In this document: positions 25,324-36,221 of the stretch, one piece after another
Numbering within the stretch: position 1 is the stretch's first letter
Layout: each line of letters begins with the position of its first letter
Source of the DNA: Macrostomum lignano
Lineage: Eukaryota
Direction of reading: 5' to 3'
Assembly: GCA_002269645.1 (NCBI GenBank)
Contig: NIVC01002239.1
Location: 93,696 to 157,695 of the forward strand
DNA: 64,000 bases
Made by a program: the position numbers and the translations under genes
Notes under the pieces: generated by a model
What the model saw: the letters and a program-made list of their open reading frames with translations, nothing else
Database searches by the model: none
Told to the model about the DNA's origin: nothing

Positions 25324-26001
25324 CTAAAGCCTTGTTATTTGCAGCTGTGCTTGCGGCTGCTGAGCACCTGTGCTGCCGGTCGCGGCCTGGTTGAGCTCGC
25401 CCTCGGTCCCTGCTCCGAGTCGGCACAGTTTAAGCAGAGCAGCTCGGAAAGGCGGCATGAACACAAAGTAGATGACGGGGTTCACGATCATGTTCGCGTT
25501 CACCAGCAGCAGTCTCGCATTGTAGAACAGCCCCTTCTGGTCGAAGTAGACGTCGAACATGTGCAGCAGGTAGCTGATCTGATTAGCCGTGAAGCAGAAC
25601 ACGTAAGCCACCCCAGCCACTATGAAGGTCTTGATGAGCTTGCTGGACGCTGCCAGCTTCTTTTTCTGGCTCTCCTCCGAGATGCAGCTGCGGTTCCTTC
25701 GCAGCGTGACGATCATGGCGGAGTAGCGGATGCTCATGTTCACCACCGGCAAGGCGTACAGCATACTGAAGTTCACGAGCCCGAATGAACGCGATAGCCA
25801 CGCTGGAATGGCGCGGTTGTAGACGCAGCAGTTGCTATGGCTACCGTCTCCGCGGCTCAGGTCGATGAACACGCGCCACATGTGCAGGGCGGTGTAGATC
25901 CAAATTCCAGCAATTCCGGATTTGAGCTTGGTGGCGCTTCTGGTCACCAGTGGAAACACGAGGGCCACAAAGCGCTCCAGGGTAATAAGTTGAAGGTTCA
26001 A
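25324..26001 (-). CDS. Rhodopsin-like (class A) GPCR, exon 2 (TM3 end to TM7), nested antisense in an ACADL intron
   Basis: LNLQLITLERF (DRY-like), TM6 KTF...VFCF, TM7 NMIVNPVIY (NPxxY). Acceptor tgcAG at 26003/26002, phase 0. Confidence 0.85.
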   Translation of the reverse strand: MNLQLITLERFVALVFPLVTRSATKLKSGIAGIWIYTALHMWRVFIDLSRGDGSHSNCCVYNRAIPAWLSRSFGLVNFSMLYALPVVNMSIRYSAMIVTLRRNRSCISEESQKKKLAASSKLIKTFIVAGVAYVFCFTANQISYLLHMFDVYFDQKGLFYNARLLLVNANMIVNPVIYFVFMPPFRAALLKLCRLGAGTEGELNQAATGSTGAQQPQAQLQITRL

Positions 26002-26091
26002 CTGCATGTTGGGAGGGTAAAATTGTCAAGAACTTAGCTAAGATAGTGATTGATATAGGTAGCAATCTATGCTCAGAAGATCAGTACCTAC

Positions 26092-26520
26092 CGTACTGCA
26101 TAGAACGGTTAGCCAGATAACGTATTCGCTGAACCACAGGTGGCGCACAATTGTGCCAATAAAGTTGGCTGGCACGCGGCTCGGCGCGTAGATCGTCAGC
26201 CACTTGATGGCGGCCAGCACGCAGCCGATGAGGTCCACGCTGGCTTGGCTGATGATTAGCAGGCGGGGGTTGCTGCTGATCAGCTTGCGTTCTCGGATGA
26301 ACACCGCCATAGACAGGCTGTTGGCTCCCAGACCGAGTGCGGCCACAGTCAGGAACACCCAGGGCCCGGCCAGCATGATCCAGTAGCCTGGCTGCAGCGT
26401 GTCCTTGTAGTCCGGCAGGCAAGACGACAGTGTCTCCTTTGTCGGGTTGCTGTCTGCCAAGTTTTGATCGAGCGTTTTTAAAAGATCGATATCTATCTTG
26501 TCAAGATAAACACCTCGCAA
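26092..26520 (-). CDS. Rhodopsin-like GPCR, exon 1 (TM1-TM3); first in-frame ATG at 26376
   Basis: TM1 GLGANSLSMAV, TM2 LLIISQASVDL. Donor ACG|GTAGGT at 26091 defines a 90-bp intron that restores the frame. True start uncertain. Confidence 0.8.
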
Positions 26521-27367
26521 TAAGTAACTGGGATATTGCTAACTCCTAAAATAATAGAACAAAGATGAGAAGAACCCAGTAAACTTGGTATTTCAATTGT
26601 GTCAGTGTTTATGCTTGCGTTGACGCTATCATTCTTTATCTACTGAATCCCATGAGTAAGGATTTACTCATAGATTGAGATGATTTTTGGGAATAAAAGC
26701 TTGTCGGAGCCTTCTCGCGGTACCGGTACAGAAATATTCATTTTATTTAAGAGGTTGAGCATTCAATTCAAGACACGGCCAACCATATTCAACCCATGCT
26801 TCGACGATTGCCTATGGCCAAAACAGTGTATGGGGCATTGAATTAAAGCCATCAAACAGTTGAATTCAGACTAAAATCAGAACCATTAGACAAAAATTGT
26901 GTATTTGTTTACAGAAAGCAAACAAGAGATGAATTAGTGAATTAGCATTTTTTGATGCACATAGCGAGCAAGTCAAACTGCAACTGTGACTTAACTGTCA
27001 GGCCACGTGTGCTCAATCAGATGTTTTTACAGGCCAAGCAGCGGGGCAGGAAGCGCAGCATGTGAGCATACCAGACAGGCTGCCCTCTTAGCAACCGTGA
27101 TATCCACGACTGACTTTGCGATTCTTTGCTGTAACATGGAACGCCAGTCCTATCGATTGATTTCGTCTAATGGACTCTTCAGCTCCATTTGCATGGGCGC
27201 GCATGATTTGTCTGAGTTTAACCACTTTGAGTCTTTCAAATTCAATGCTCTGCTTGTGCCATAGACGGTTTTTTGGCTATAGACGAAAGTATGAAAAGAT
27301 TGGCTGAATATGATTTGCGGTGTCTTAAAATAGATGCTTTGGTTCTTTAATGAAATTAAAAATAATA

Positions 27368-28148
27368 CACCTTTTAACAATTTTTTTGGACATAAGTGAA
27401 GTTAATTTAGTCATTAGCCAGCTCAGTCCTAGAAAAGTGAGTTTGATTTAGTCAGCAGTCGGGGTTTACCATAGACTATGGTAAAGAAATTAAATCGATT
27501 TAGTCAAGGTTCTCTAAATCCGTCTTTCATAACTTTTATTAAGTCAAAGTGAATTTTATTTAGTCGTTATATCTTTGAGAAGAACACAAACGAACACAAC
27601 ACAACACAAGACACAACAAATTATTGTTACGACGCTTCACTTTTCAACTCAATCAACGATGTCTTCGATGTCTTTCGTGGCAATGCAGGGGGTATGTACC
27701 GAAGGGTCTTACGATGCCAGGCTTCGCAGTGAGGCAGCTGCTATACTGACCTCCAGTTCACGCTCAAGAAACGGAGAATAAGGTGATAAAGGCTTGAACT
27801 CTTACTCTACCTTTATGGCTGGTGGATTCCAATGGGCATGAGCATTGTCAAATAGAAGGCAGAACGGCTCATCAACCAATGCAGACAGTTCAGCCATGAA
27901 CTCTGCAACCATACTCTGCAAGCCATGAACTCTGCCGCCATGATGACTAAATAAAATTCACTTTGACTAAAATCAAGTCATGGAAGGGTTTAAATACGTG
28001 GCACTTGACTAAATCGATTTCATTTCTTAACTATAGTCTATGGTAAACCTCGACTGCTGACTAAATCAAACTCACTTTTCTAGGACTGAGCTGACTAATG
28101 ACTAAATTAACTTCACTTATGTGTTATGTCCAAAAATGTTAAAAGGTA
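27368..28148. mobile_element. Fold-back MITE with ~200-bp imperfect TIRs and TA flanks (Tc1/mariner-like)
   Basis: 27368-27570 is the reverse complement of ~27943-28148 (e.g. CATAAGTGAAGTTAATTTAGTCATTAG...CTAGAAAAGTGAGTTTGATTTAGTCAGCAGTCG). TA at 27366-67 and 28149-50. Confidence 0.85.
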
Positions 28149-28418
28149 TATATATTAGCCACTTACCATTGAGAAGCATGGTATCGCTGTATGTCAGATT
28201 TATAACTGTGATCTAACCGCTGATGCTTTGTTCTCTCGGTCTTCTGAATCTAAATATGCTTTCTGGAACTACCTGTATTTAAAATCGAAGGAATCATGCT
28301 GACCCATTCTCTGTTGCAATTGGTCAGTCGCTTAACTTTGTGCACTTAAATTTATGCTCTACGCTGGCTACTGTTAGTAGACTTAATGGCTAAGTCCCTC
28401 TTACCTGTAACTCGCCAG

Positions 28419-29034
28419 GTTCTACGCCAACCTGTCGGGCCCGGGCTTCAGCCTGCACTCGGACATTGTGATGCCCTACCTGTCCAAATACGGCTCGCCT
28501 GAGCAGAAGGAGCGCTACCTGCCCCGCATGACCTCCGGCGAAGTCATTGGCGCCATCGCCATGACGGAGCCCGGGGCCGGCAGTGACCTGCAGGGCGTCA
28601 AGACGCGGGCAGTGAAGTCCTCTGGCGGTGACTACATTCTCAATGGCAGCAAGACCTTCATCACTAACGGCTGGAACTGTGACCTCTGCATTGTGGTGGC
28701 CGTCACCGACCCGAGCGCCAAGTCGCCCGCCCGCGGCATCAGCCTGTTCCTGGTGGACTCGGAGTACGCCGGCTTCCGCAAGGGTCGCAAGCTGGACAAA
28801 ATGGGCCTGAAGGCGCAGGACACCGCCGAGCTGTTCTTTGAGGACGTGCGGCTGCCTGCCTCGGCCCTCCTGGGCCAGGAGAACCGCGGCTTTGCCTACC
28901 TCATGAGCGAGCTGCCCAGGGAGCGGATGCTTATCGCCGACATTGGCCAGGCCAGCTCCGAGTGGATGTTCGAGGAGGCTCGCAGCCACGTCCGCGAACG
29001 ACGCGCCTTCGGCCGCACACTCTCGGCTTTGCAG
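28419..29034 (+). CDS. ACADL: ACADL exon (catalytic core)
   Basis: SGPGFSLHSDIVM...GAIAMTEPGAGSDLQG...LNGSKTFITNG...KMGLKAQDTAELFFEDVRLP...ELPRERMLIA. Acceptor ctcgccAG, donor CAG|GTAGGT. Confidence 0.97.
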
Positions 29035-29057
29035 GTAGGTGGTAGGTTGAGATCGCG

Positions 29058-29985
29058 ATCCTCAGTTGCTGGGCCTTTTAACTTCCCAGATCCTCAGTTG
29101 CTGGGCCTTTCAACCTCCCAGATCCTCAGTTGCTGGGCCTTCCCAGATCCTCAGTTGCTGGGCCTTTTAACTTCCCAGATCCTCAGTTGCTGGGCCTTTC
29201 AACCTCCCAGATCCTCAGTTGCTGGGCCTTCCCAGATCCTCAGTTGCTGGGCCTTTCAACCTCCCAGATCCTCAGTTGCTGGGCCTTCCCAGATCCTCAG
29301 TTGCTGGGCCTTTCAACCTCCCAGATCCTCAGTTGCTGGGCCTTCCCAGATCCTCAGTTGCTGGGCCTTTCAACTTCCCAGATCCTCAGTTGCTGGGCCT
29401 TTCAACCTCCCAGATCCTCAGTTGCTGGGCCTTTTAACTTCCCAGATCCTCAGCTGCTGGGCCTTTTAACTTCCCAGATCCTCAGTTGCTGGGCCTTTCA
29501 ACCTCCCAGATCCTCAGTTGCTGGGCCTTCCCAGATCCTCAGTTGCTGGGCCTTTCAACCTCCCAGATCCTCAGTTGCTGGGCCTTCCCAGATCCTCAGT
29601 TGCTGGGCCTTTCAACCTCCCAGATCCTCAGTTGCGGGGCCTTCCCAGATCCTCAGTTGCTGGGCCTTTCAACCTCCCAGATCCTCAGTTGCTGGGCCTT
29701 CCCAGATCCTCAGTTGCTGGGCCTTTCAACCTCCCAGATCCTCAGTTGCTGGGCCTTCCCAGATCCTCAGTTGCTGGGCCTTCCAACTTCCCAGATCCTC
29801 AGTTGCTGGGCCTTTCAACCTCCCAGATCCTCAGTTGCTGGGCCTTTTAACTTCCCAGATCCTCAGCTGCTGGGCCTTTTAACTTCCCAGATCCTCAGTT
29901 GCTGGGCCTTTTAACTTCCCAGATCCTCAGTTGCTGGGCCTTCTAACTTCCCAGATCCTCAGACGCTGGGCTTCCTAATTCGCAG
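29058..29985. repeat. 21-32 bp minisatellite with core CCCAGATCCTCAGTTGCTGGG
   Basis: About 30 tandem units with TTCAACCT/TTTAACTT or short spacer variants. Confidence 0.97.
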
Positions 29986-30321
29986 ATCTTTCGTATCTAG
30001 GCCACCGTCCTCCCAGATCATCAGTTGTCTTGCATCGGACAAGACGCAAGGCCAGTCTGCAACAGTCCTCATTAATCTTCATTTGCGAGCAATTCTAAGT
30101 GACGGCTAGCGAGCTCCATTGTTTAGTCCGGCACAAATTTGCACCTTGAGTTTGCATTCAGCTGAATTTCTGCAGCTGCAGTAATGAGCGACTTCACTCC
30201 CAGGTCTGGAGTCCAATTACTGACCCGTCTGTAATTATTCAGTCTGACAGCTCCCGTAATTAGTGCGCAATAGCCTCCTGCACCTGGCTATTTAAAGAAC
30301 TTCGTAGCGTATGTCATATTT

Positions 30322-30639
30322 CTAATTGCGCTTTATATCACTGGGTCCCAAGAATGTCCCGTGTATTTTTAGCTTCATGTTTTTAAAAGGCACGTTGAGC
30401 TGCTTGCGGGGTGAAACCGGTTCCGGTTTTGATTGTTCGCGAGCTGCCTCCTGTGGTGTCAAAAAAATTTTCGATACTGGCATCAAAGTTTCCGGCCTCT
30501 TCCTCTTCCTCTTCCTGGGATTGAATTTCGTCAGAAGTTGCGCCAGCGCTCGCTGCTCCCCTGCAAGCTCTCGACTTCGATTTAGGCGAGCAGTCTCTGC
30601 GAATCTCTGCTAATGCATAAGCAGCTGCAAACTCGCCAT
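30322..30639 (-). pseudogene. 105-codon reading frame interrupted by TAG at codon 10 (basic, NLS-like RKRKRKR); pseudogene, readthrough candidate or sequence error
   Basis: MASLQLLMH*QRFAETARLNRSRELAGEQRALAQLLTKFNPRKRKRKRPE...DIKRN*. The 318-nt span is in frame from ATG 30639 to the stop at 30324-30322. Confidence 0.4.
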
Positions 30640-30659
30640 CTCAGAGTCCTCGAGCTCTG

Positions 30660-30699
30660 ATTGGCTTGCGGGAAATCCCGCCTTTCCTGTCTTATAAAA
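30660..30699 (+). promoter_or_regulatory. Compact promoter between divergent ORFs: inverted CCAAT, E2F-type site, TATA
   Basis: ATTGG 30660-64, GCGGGAAA 30668-75 (within palindrome GCGGGA-AA-TCCCGC), TATAAAA 30693-99. Confidence 0.5.
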
Positions 30700-30787
30700 G
30701 CAAGCGGGTTTGAGCTGTCTTCTTTACTCACTGCTGAGACAGCGGGTTTCTCATTCTCAAGAAAAAAGAGCAGCAGATAAATAGCAG

Positions 30788-31150
30788 ATGCGGCAGCACC
30801 AGAGTCCTCTAATTGTAGCCGGCTCGACCGGCTCTGAGCAGGAGCAGAAGACGCTGCTCTCGGATTCCTGCTCAAGCAATAGCAGCTGCAAGTCGGCTGA
30901 GAATTCAGCCAGTTCTTCTCCGCGCATTTCTGCTGCCAGTGCGCTGCTTCCACCCGCACCGCCGCCGCCGCAGCAGCCGCAGAAGCAGCTGCTGACCCCC
31001 TGGTGGTGCCGGAAGTCGATCCGCTATGACCCTGGCGATCCAGGTGCCGACAGTGGCGAGCAGCCGGCCAAGCAGCTGCTGTTGCCAAAACGATTGCCAC
31101 CTCCCAGGCGGCTGCCTCCCATTGTGCGCCCTCCAAAGATTGACAAATGA
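30788..31150 (+). CDS. Small intronless Ser/Pro-rich protein (120 aa), nested in ACADL intron, unknown function
   Basis: ATG-initiated GC-rich ORF, TATA ~90 bp upstream, AATAAA at 31201-31206 fifty bases after the stop. Confidence 0.5.
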   Translation: MRQHQSPLIVAGSTGSEQEQKTLLSDSCSSNSSCKSAENSASSSPRISAASALLPPAPPPPQQPQKQLLTPWWCRKSIRYDPGDPGADSGEQPAKQLLLPKRLPPPRRLPPIVRPPKIDK

Positions 31151-31779
31151 CTGAGAGTAGAGGCGATGCTTTTGCGAAAAACCATCTCGTTGTGATCTAA
31201 AATAAAACCAAGCTTTAAAATTGGTCTGCTGATGAGGCCAGAGTGATTGCTGCTTGACTGCAGTCATAGCAGGTTTAGTATTCGTGTTGCTTGATACGGT
31301 AGCAGTTGTACAGTAGGAGTGCTAGTACTCTGAGGGGTGCTCCATCAAGGACCGTGGTTAATATGGTACAGTGCGCTAAGCGATTCGTTTGCTGACTGCA
31401 GGATCCATGGCGGCGAGGAGCACCGAAAATGTTTTATGTAAGATTAATTTGAAAAACGGCCTTTCACCGTAGGCAAAAAGTTGATCTAGGCCGCTAGAAC
31501 TCCTAATATGGGCTTACGAGAATGGTGTAATCGACAGGAAGGGGCTGCAGATTACGTTCTGAGCCTGCCCTTCATCAGCTAGTCTCACCGCATGCAGGGA
31601 ATTTGTTTTTACTGATTCATGTAACTGGCTTCAATTTAAAGCTGCTGGTTGGTGTGACAGGAAAATAAAAAAAACGCTGGAGTAAAAAACCGAGCCCACA
31701 AAGTTTCCATCCAAAGAGCACAGTACCACAGTACCAAAGAACAAGTCAAGTACAGGAAAGATATTTTGAAATTATATGG

Positions 31780-32434
31780 AGTGTACAAGCGTATATAATC
31801 TCAGGCACCGTATCTCCGTAGTGTCAGGCTGCGGACTTTTCTTTGCAAAAACTTTGGTCTTCTCACCAACAAACATGTCACGGTCAGAGACAGTGCTCAA
31901 TGTCAACAATCTGCAAGGTTGTCAGGAACAACGCATTTGCATTGGCACTCAGGTAGTCCAGCTTATCAAAGCAGCTCAGAACGTCCCGAAAATGCCGGCG
32001 CACATTGGCATATATGAAGTGAATCAAAATACGAGCGTAGTTTTCTGCAGAAAATGCTTCTTCCAACTTGTCAAAGTTTGCCAAGACAAATTGAAAGAAC
32101 TCGATCTCTGTTCTGCAGCAGCTCACATGTCTCTTAATTTTTTTTCAAGGTTGCCAGTAGCCTCACGGCTGTTGCGCTTCATGAACTCGTGCAACGCTGG
32201 TAGCTGCTCCGCAGCCTCCGCTAGTCTGTTAACTTCTCCAGGAAGCAGCTGACCCAGCGAGTCTCCCTCCACACGACATAGAAAGCGGTGATGCTGAAGG
32301 TCCGGCAAGTCATTTACATGCTCGTAGTGAGACCAGCGGGCCCTGTACATCGTCCACTCGCACCCTGTACAGGTGCGAGTGGACGATATTAGACTCAAGC
32401 ACTCACTGCCCAGATTGTCACAAGCGTGTCGCAC
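31780..32434 (-). pseudogene. Frameshifted relic of a possible hAT-like transposase
   Basis: Three frames join: ...LISSTR..W.., FFQFVLANFDKLEEAF...ILIHFIY...FDKLDYL, SDRDMFVGEKTKVF. These resemble hAT C-terminal half motifs from recall; no database check was possible. Confidence 0.35.
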
Positions 32435-33062
32435 GGCATAGGAATTTGGACACTAGATGCAGAATACAAGTTGTGAGCTGTGCAGTGTGCATGATACTTA
32501 AACCACATATCCACGGAGTAATGAAAGAAGCAGAAACGCTAGAATATAAAAACGCTAGCTATTGCTTTTAAAACACTGACAATAACACTTCTTTTAAGCT
32601 TCGGTTCTCCAGCAAAAGACGTTAATTGGGCACCACGCCTTTCATTATTTTCCGAGCTCTCTCATTAGTAGTCAGTTGAGTTTATCCTAATTTGAGTGGC
32701 ACAAGGCGCATAAGCGCTTATTTCAGTTCCAACTCTAATCAGTGCTTTTGATCCAAGTCTCAGAGCGGCAACTCTGAGAGATTTCAAAGGACTCCTTTCT
32801 CGAGCCAAAATCTGCTTCCGTAAACAGTGCAGCAAGCTGCATGGGCAACTGGCAGCAGGCAAAAGGTGTGCCCAATTAAATCCTGCTTTCTTAAATCCTC
32901 CCTTTGTCTACTTTATCAAACAAAAGGGTCTCTCTAAGCCTCTGAGAGTCGCTCATTAATGTTCTTATTAAACATAATGTATGAATAAGAAGTTGAAAGT
33001 GCTCAAAATTCTGTCCAGAATGAGCATGCAGAAGTCCCCGCCCACCCGCTCCGCACTGACAG

Positions 33063-33374
33063 ACAATTCAGCACAAGCTGGCCGACCTGAAGACGGAGAT
33101 CTGCGTGGCGCGCGCATTCGCTGACCAGTGCATCGAGTTGCAGAACGAGGGCCGCCTGGACTCGTTCACCGCCTCCATGGCCAAGCTGTGGTGCACGGAG
33201 ATGCAGAACCGAGTTGCCTACGACTGCGTGCAGCTGCACGGAGGCTGGGGCTACATGTGGGAGTACCCAATCGCCAAGGCCTACGTTGACGCCAGAGTGC
33301 AGCCAATCTACGGCGGGGCCAACGAGATCATGAAGGAGCTCATCGCCAGGCCCATCTGCGACCCGGGCAAATAG
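33063..33374 (+). CDS. ACADL: ACADL last coding exon
   Basis: TIQHKLADLKTEICVARAF...AKLWCTEMQNRVAYDCVQLHGGWGYMWEYPIAKAYVDARVQPIYGGANEIMKELIAR. Acceptor ctgacAG at 33062, stop TAG 33372-74. Confidence 0.97.
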   Translation, partial: TIQHKLADLKTEICVARAFADQCIELQNEGRLDSFTASMAKLWCTEMQNRVAYDCVQLHGGWGYMWEYPIAKAYVDARVQPIYGGANEIMKELIARPICDPGK

Positions 33375-34068
33375 ACTCAGTGGTGATCCATGTCCTTGAT
33401 TACCTGTCTGAATGCTATAGCTGCAGGATTTGATTTCATATCGATCGATAATTAACCAATTTCACCGTAGCAAACTTCAATTGATATTGTTTGCACTTTT
33501 CACGCGGGATGTTTATTATGCTACTAATAGTAAGCATTGCGGACTATAATAATATTATGCGCGTCTGGTAATTTATTGTTATTGTAGCCACGACGACTCC
33601 ATCCATTTATATTAAGCGTGGTATGCAGTGTCTTCATGTTGACAACTGAAATCAGACTAATTAATAATAAATAACTACTTAACTTCTGATTTCCTGTCCT
33701 GTCAGACTTGCCAAATCAAACCTGCCGTCGATGTTAACAAACAGCTAGCGGTATGCTTCAGCTTTATGACCATGTTATGAGCAAATGAACCAAGATGTTG
33801 GGCAGTGGGATCGAATGAGCTGCCTCAGTGGAACTGGGGCGAGTTAAGGAACAGGAAGTCGAGACTATAATTTATTGTTTGCAAGTCCTGCCTAATTGTT
33901 GTGATAAAAAACAGTGGCACGACTTTGACAACGCTAGTATATTTGAGTGCAGGCATAGCAGAGGAATGTACGAGTAGTCAGTCTCGACACTGGACTAGAG
34001 AATATCTTCCTGATTGAAGAAAACAGAAAACAAAGGATAATTTACAGGCACTACAGAGCGCAGAGTCC

Positions 34069-34509
34069 CTAAGCACTGGAAAACGAGTTCCGCAGAGCCT
34101 CCCCAGCCAGCGGGGGCGGCACCTGGCCTTCCAGGTTGAGCACGCGGTCGAAGTAGGCGAGGGCGTGCAGCCGGCCGGCGGTGACAGCACCGCTGAGCTG
34201 CAGAATTTTGGCGCGGCGCACCGGGCAGGGGCAGGCGAGCGCCAGCGCCAAGATGTGGCGCCGCTGCAAGGTGTCGATTCGATCGGGGTCGGCATAGCCT
34301 GCGGAGCAGCCAGTCTCCAGGAAGATGATGGCGCGCAGCTGCAGCAGCTCAGCGTGGCGAAGGTCCAGCAGGCTCAGGCGCTGCGCCAGCACACGGGTGT
34401 GCCGGCTGATCGCGGGCACCTGGCGGATCAGCGGCTCCTGCCGCTCGTGCAGGCTGAAGCCGGAGCAGAAGTTCAGCCAGCCAGTGTAGGGGTGCGAGTT
34501 CCAGGCCAC
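34069..34509 (-). CDS. Nuclear receptor, last exon (C-terminal ligand-binding domain)
   Basis: Acceptor gagcAG|GTG at 34510, phase 0. LSLLDLRHAELLQLRAIIFL helix-8-like pattern; ends near an AF-2-like segment. Confidence 0.8.
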   Translation of the reverse strand: MAWNSHPYTGWLNFCSGFSLHERQEPLIRQVPAISRHTRVLAQRLSLLDLRHAELLQLRAIIFLETGCSAGYADPDRIDTLQRRHILALALACPCPVRRAKILQLSGAVTAGRLHALAYFDRVLNLEGQVPPPLAGEALRNSFSSA

Positions 34510-34603
34510 CTGCTCATAGCCAAGTGGGTCCAGGTGTGATGAGTATAGTATTATATATAGCAAGCTGGAGTACAGAACCCACTATGGCCAGCGGACTCCG
34601 CAC

Positions 34604-34994
34604 CTGCAGGACGATGACATCCAGCCAGTGCTGCTGCAGCAGGGCCACCTGATCATCCAGGAGGATGCCGTCAAAGCCGGGCAGTCGCTTTGCCCAGCGC
34701 AACAGCGCGCCCAGGTACGACTCGACCAGCAACCAGATGCCTCTGGACATCAGCTCGGTCATGTCTGGGCCGTCCTGACCGGCGGGCCCGCCGCTCAGAT
34801 CGACCTGCACCGCCTCCAAGTCCGGGGTGTCGTCCGCGTTTCCTGTCTCCGCCTGCGGCTGGTCTCGGACAGGCTGGTCGGCCGGAATTCCCGAGCCCGA
34901 TGGCTTTGGCAACAGGCGTTGATGGAAGCCTTGTTGAGGTGGCAGCGGTGGTTGCTGAACTCCGGCCACAGGAGTTCGGCAGGCGTGCCCGATC
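34604..34994 (-). CDS. Nuclear receptor, hinge plus LBD signature exon
   Basis: WAKRLPGFDGILLDDQVALLQQHW is the LBD signature. Acceptor tgacAG at 34995, donor CAG|GTGCGG at 34603. Confidence 0.88.
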
Positions 34995-35039
34995 CTGTCA
35001 ATTCGTATTATTTAAGCTGCTCAGTCACTGAATTAGCTT

Positions 35040-35680
35040 CCGTCACTTCGAACTAGGCTCAGTCACTTTGAACTAGCCTCAGTCACCCAGAACTAGACTC
35101 AGTCACTCTGAACTAGCCTCAGTCATTCTGAACTAGCCTCAGTCACTCTGAACTAGCCTCAGTCACTCTGAACTAGCCTCAGTCACCCAGAACTAGGCTC
35201 AGTCACTCTGAACTAGCCTCAGTCATTCTGAACTAGCCTCAGTCACTCTGAACTAGCCTCAGTCACCCAGAACTAGGCTCAGTCACTCTGAACTAGCCTC
35301 AGTCATTCTGAACTAAGCTCAGTCACTCTGAACAAGCCTCAGTCACCCAGAACTAGGCTCAGTCACTCTGAACTAGCCTCAGTCATTCTGAACTAAGCTC
35401 AGTCACTCTGAACAAGCCTCAGTCACCCAGAACTAGGCTCAGTCACTCTGAACTAGCCTCAGTCATTCTGAACTAGCCTCAGTCACTCTGAACTAGCCTC
35501 AGTCACCCAGAACTAGGCTCAGTCACTCTGAACTAGCCTCAGTCATTCTGAACTAAGCTCAGTCACTCTGAACAAGCCTCAGTCACCCAGAACTAGGCTC
35601 AGTCACTCTGAACTAGCCTCAGTCATTCTGAACCAGCCTCAGTCACCCTATACTAGCCTCATTCACTCTGAACTAGCCCA
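35040..35680. repeat. 20-bp minisatellite (TCAGTCACTCTGAACTAGCC) in nuclear receptor intron
   Basis: About 31 tandem units with 80-bp higher-order variants. Confidence 0.97.
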
Positions 35681-35734
35681 GAATTATTCGGGCACTGATT
35701 CTCTCAGCCACTGAGGTTCCAATCAGTCACTAAC

Positions 35735-35997
35735 CCCGTATCCGGGGCAAGCGATCGCACCAGAGCCGGCCGCATTCCAACTTCAAGGCATTTCTTGAAC
35801 CGGCAGAAGCCGCAAGATCGGCTGCGCTCAGAGCTGAGCGAGCAGTGGCGCGGCCTCCGCATGCAGTTGTAGGACAGCGAGAGCTGCACCGTCCGCTTGA
35901 AGAAAGACTTGCAGGCGTGGCAGGTCACGGCACCGTAGTGATTGCCGGCCGGGAACGGGCACTGGCACACCGAGCAGCGGCTGCCCTCGGCTGTCAT
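35735..35997 (-). CDS. Nuclear receptor DNA-binding domain exon (two C4 zinc fingers)
   Basis: CSVCQCPFPAGNHYGAVTCHACKSFFKRT...C...CGFCRFKKCLEVGM. ATG 35997 (an upstream exon is possible). Donor GG|GTTAGT at 35734 is in phase with the next exon. Confidence 0.9.
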
Positions 35998-36221
35998 TGC
36001 GCTGTTCTGCTGGCTGCGATCTAAGCGGTTTTGGAGGCTTATTTGAGGCCCGTGGGCTTTGCCCGGCCCACCAATTAAGTCTGCACGTCTAACGGCCCAG
36101 GTGCTTGTCTTCAGTTCATCCAAGGCGCTTGCCTGGGAACTGGAAAATTATGCCCAACACAGGCCTGTGCCTTCTGTCAAACACCTGAGCTATTATCCAA
36201 AATGCCATGCTTATCTGTAGC

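Noticed and set aside
26002-26091. Apparent frameshift or pseudogenisation of the GPCR
   Set aside because: A 90-bp GT-AG intron in phase 0 joins the two ORFs cleanly.
28390-28989. Antisense ORFs opposite ACADL, the GPCR, nuclear receptor, transposase and AAMP exons
   Set aside because: These are shadow frames of GC-rich coding sequence with no independent motifs.
30326-31136. ORFs 30326..30613 (+) and 30582..31136 (-)
   Set aside because: Both lack ATG starts and are mirror frames of the more coding-like divergent pair.
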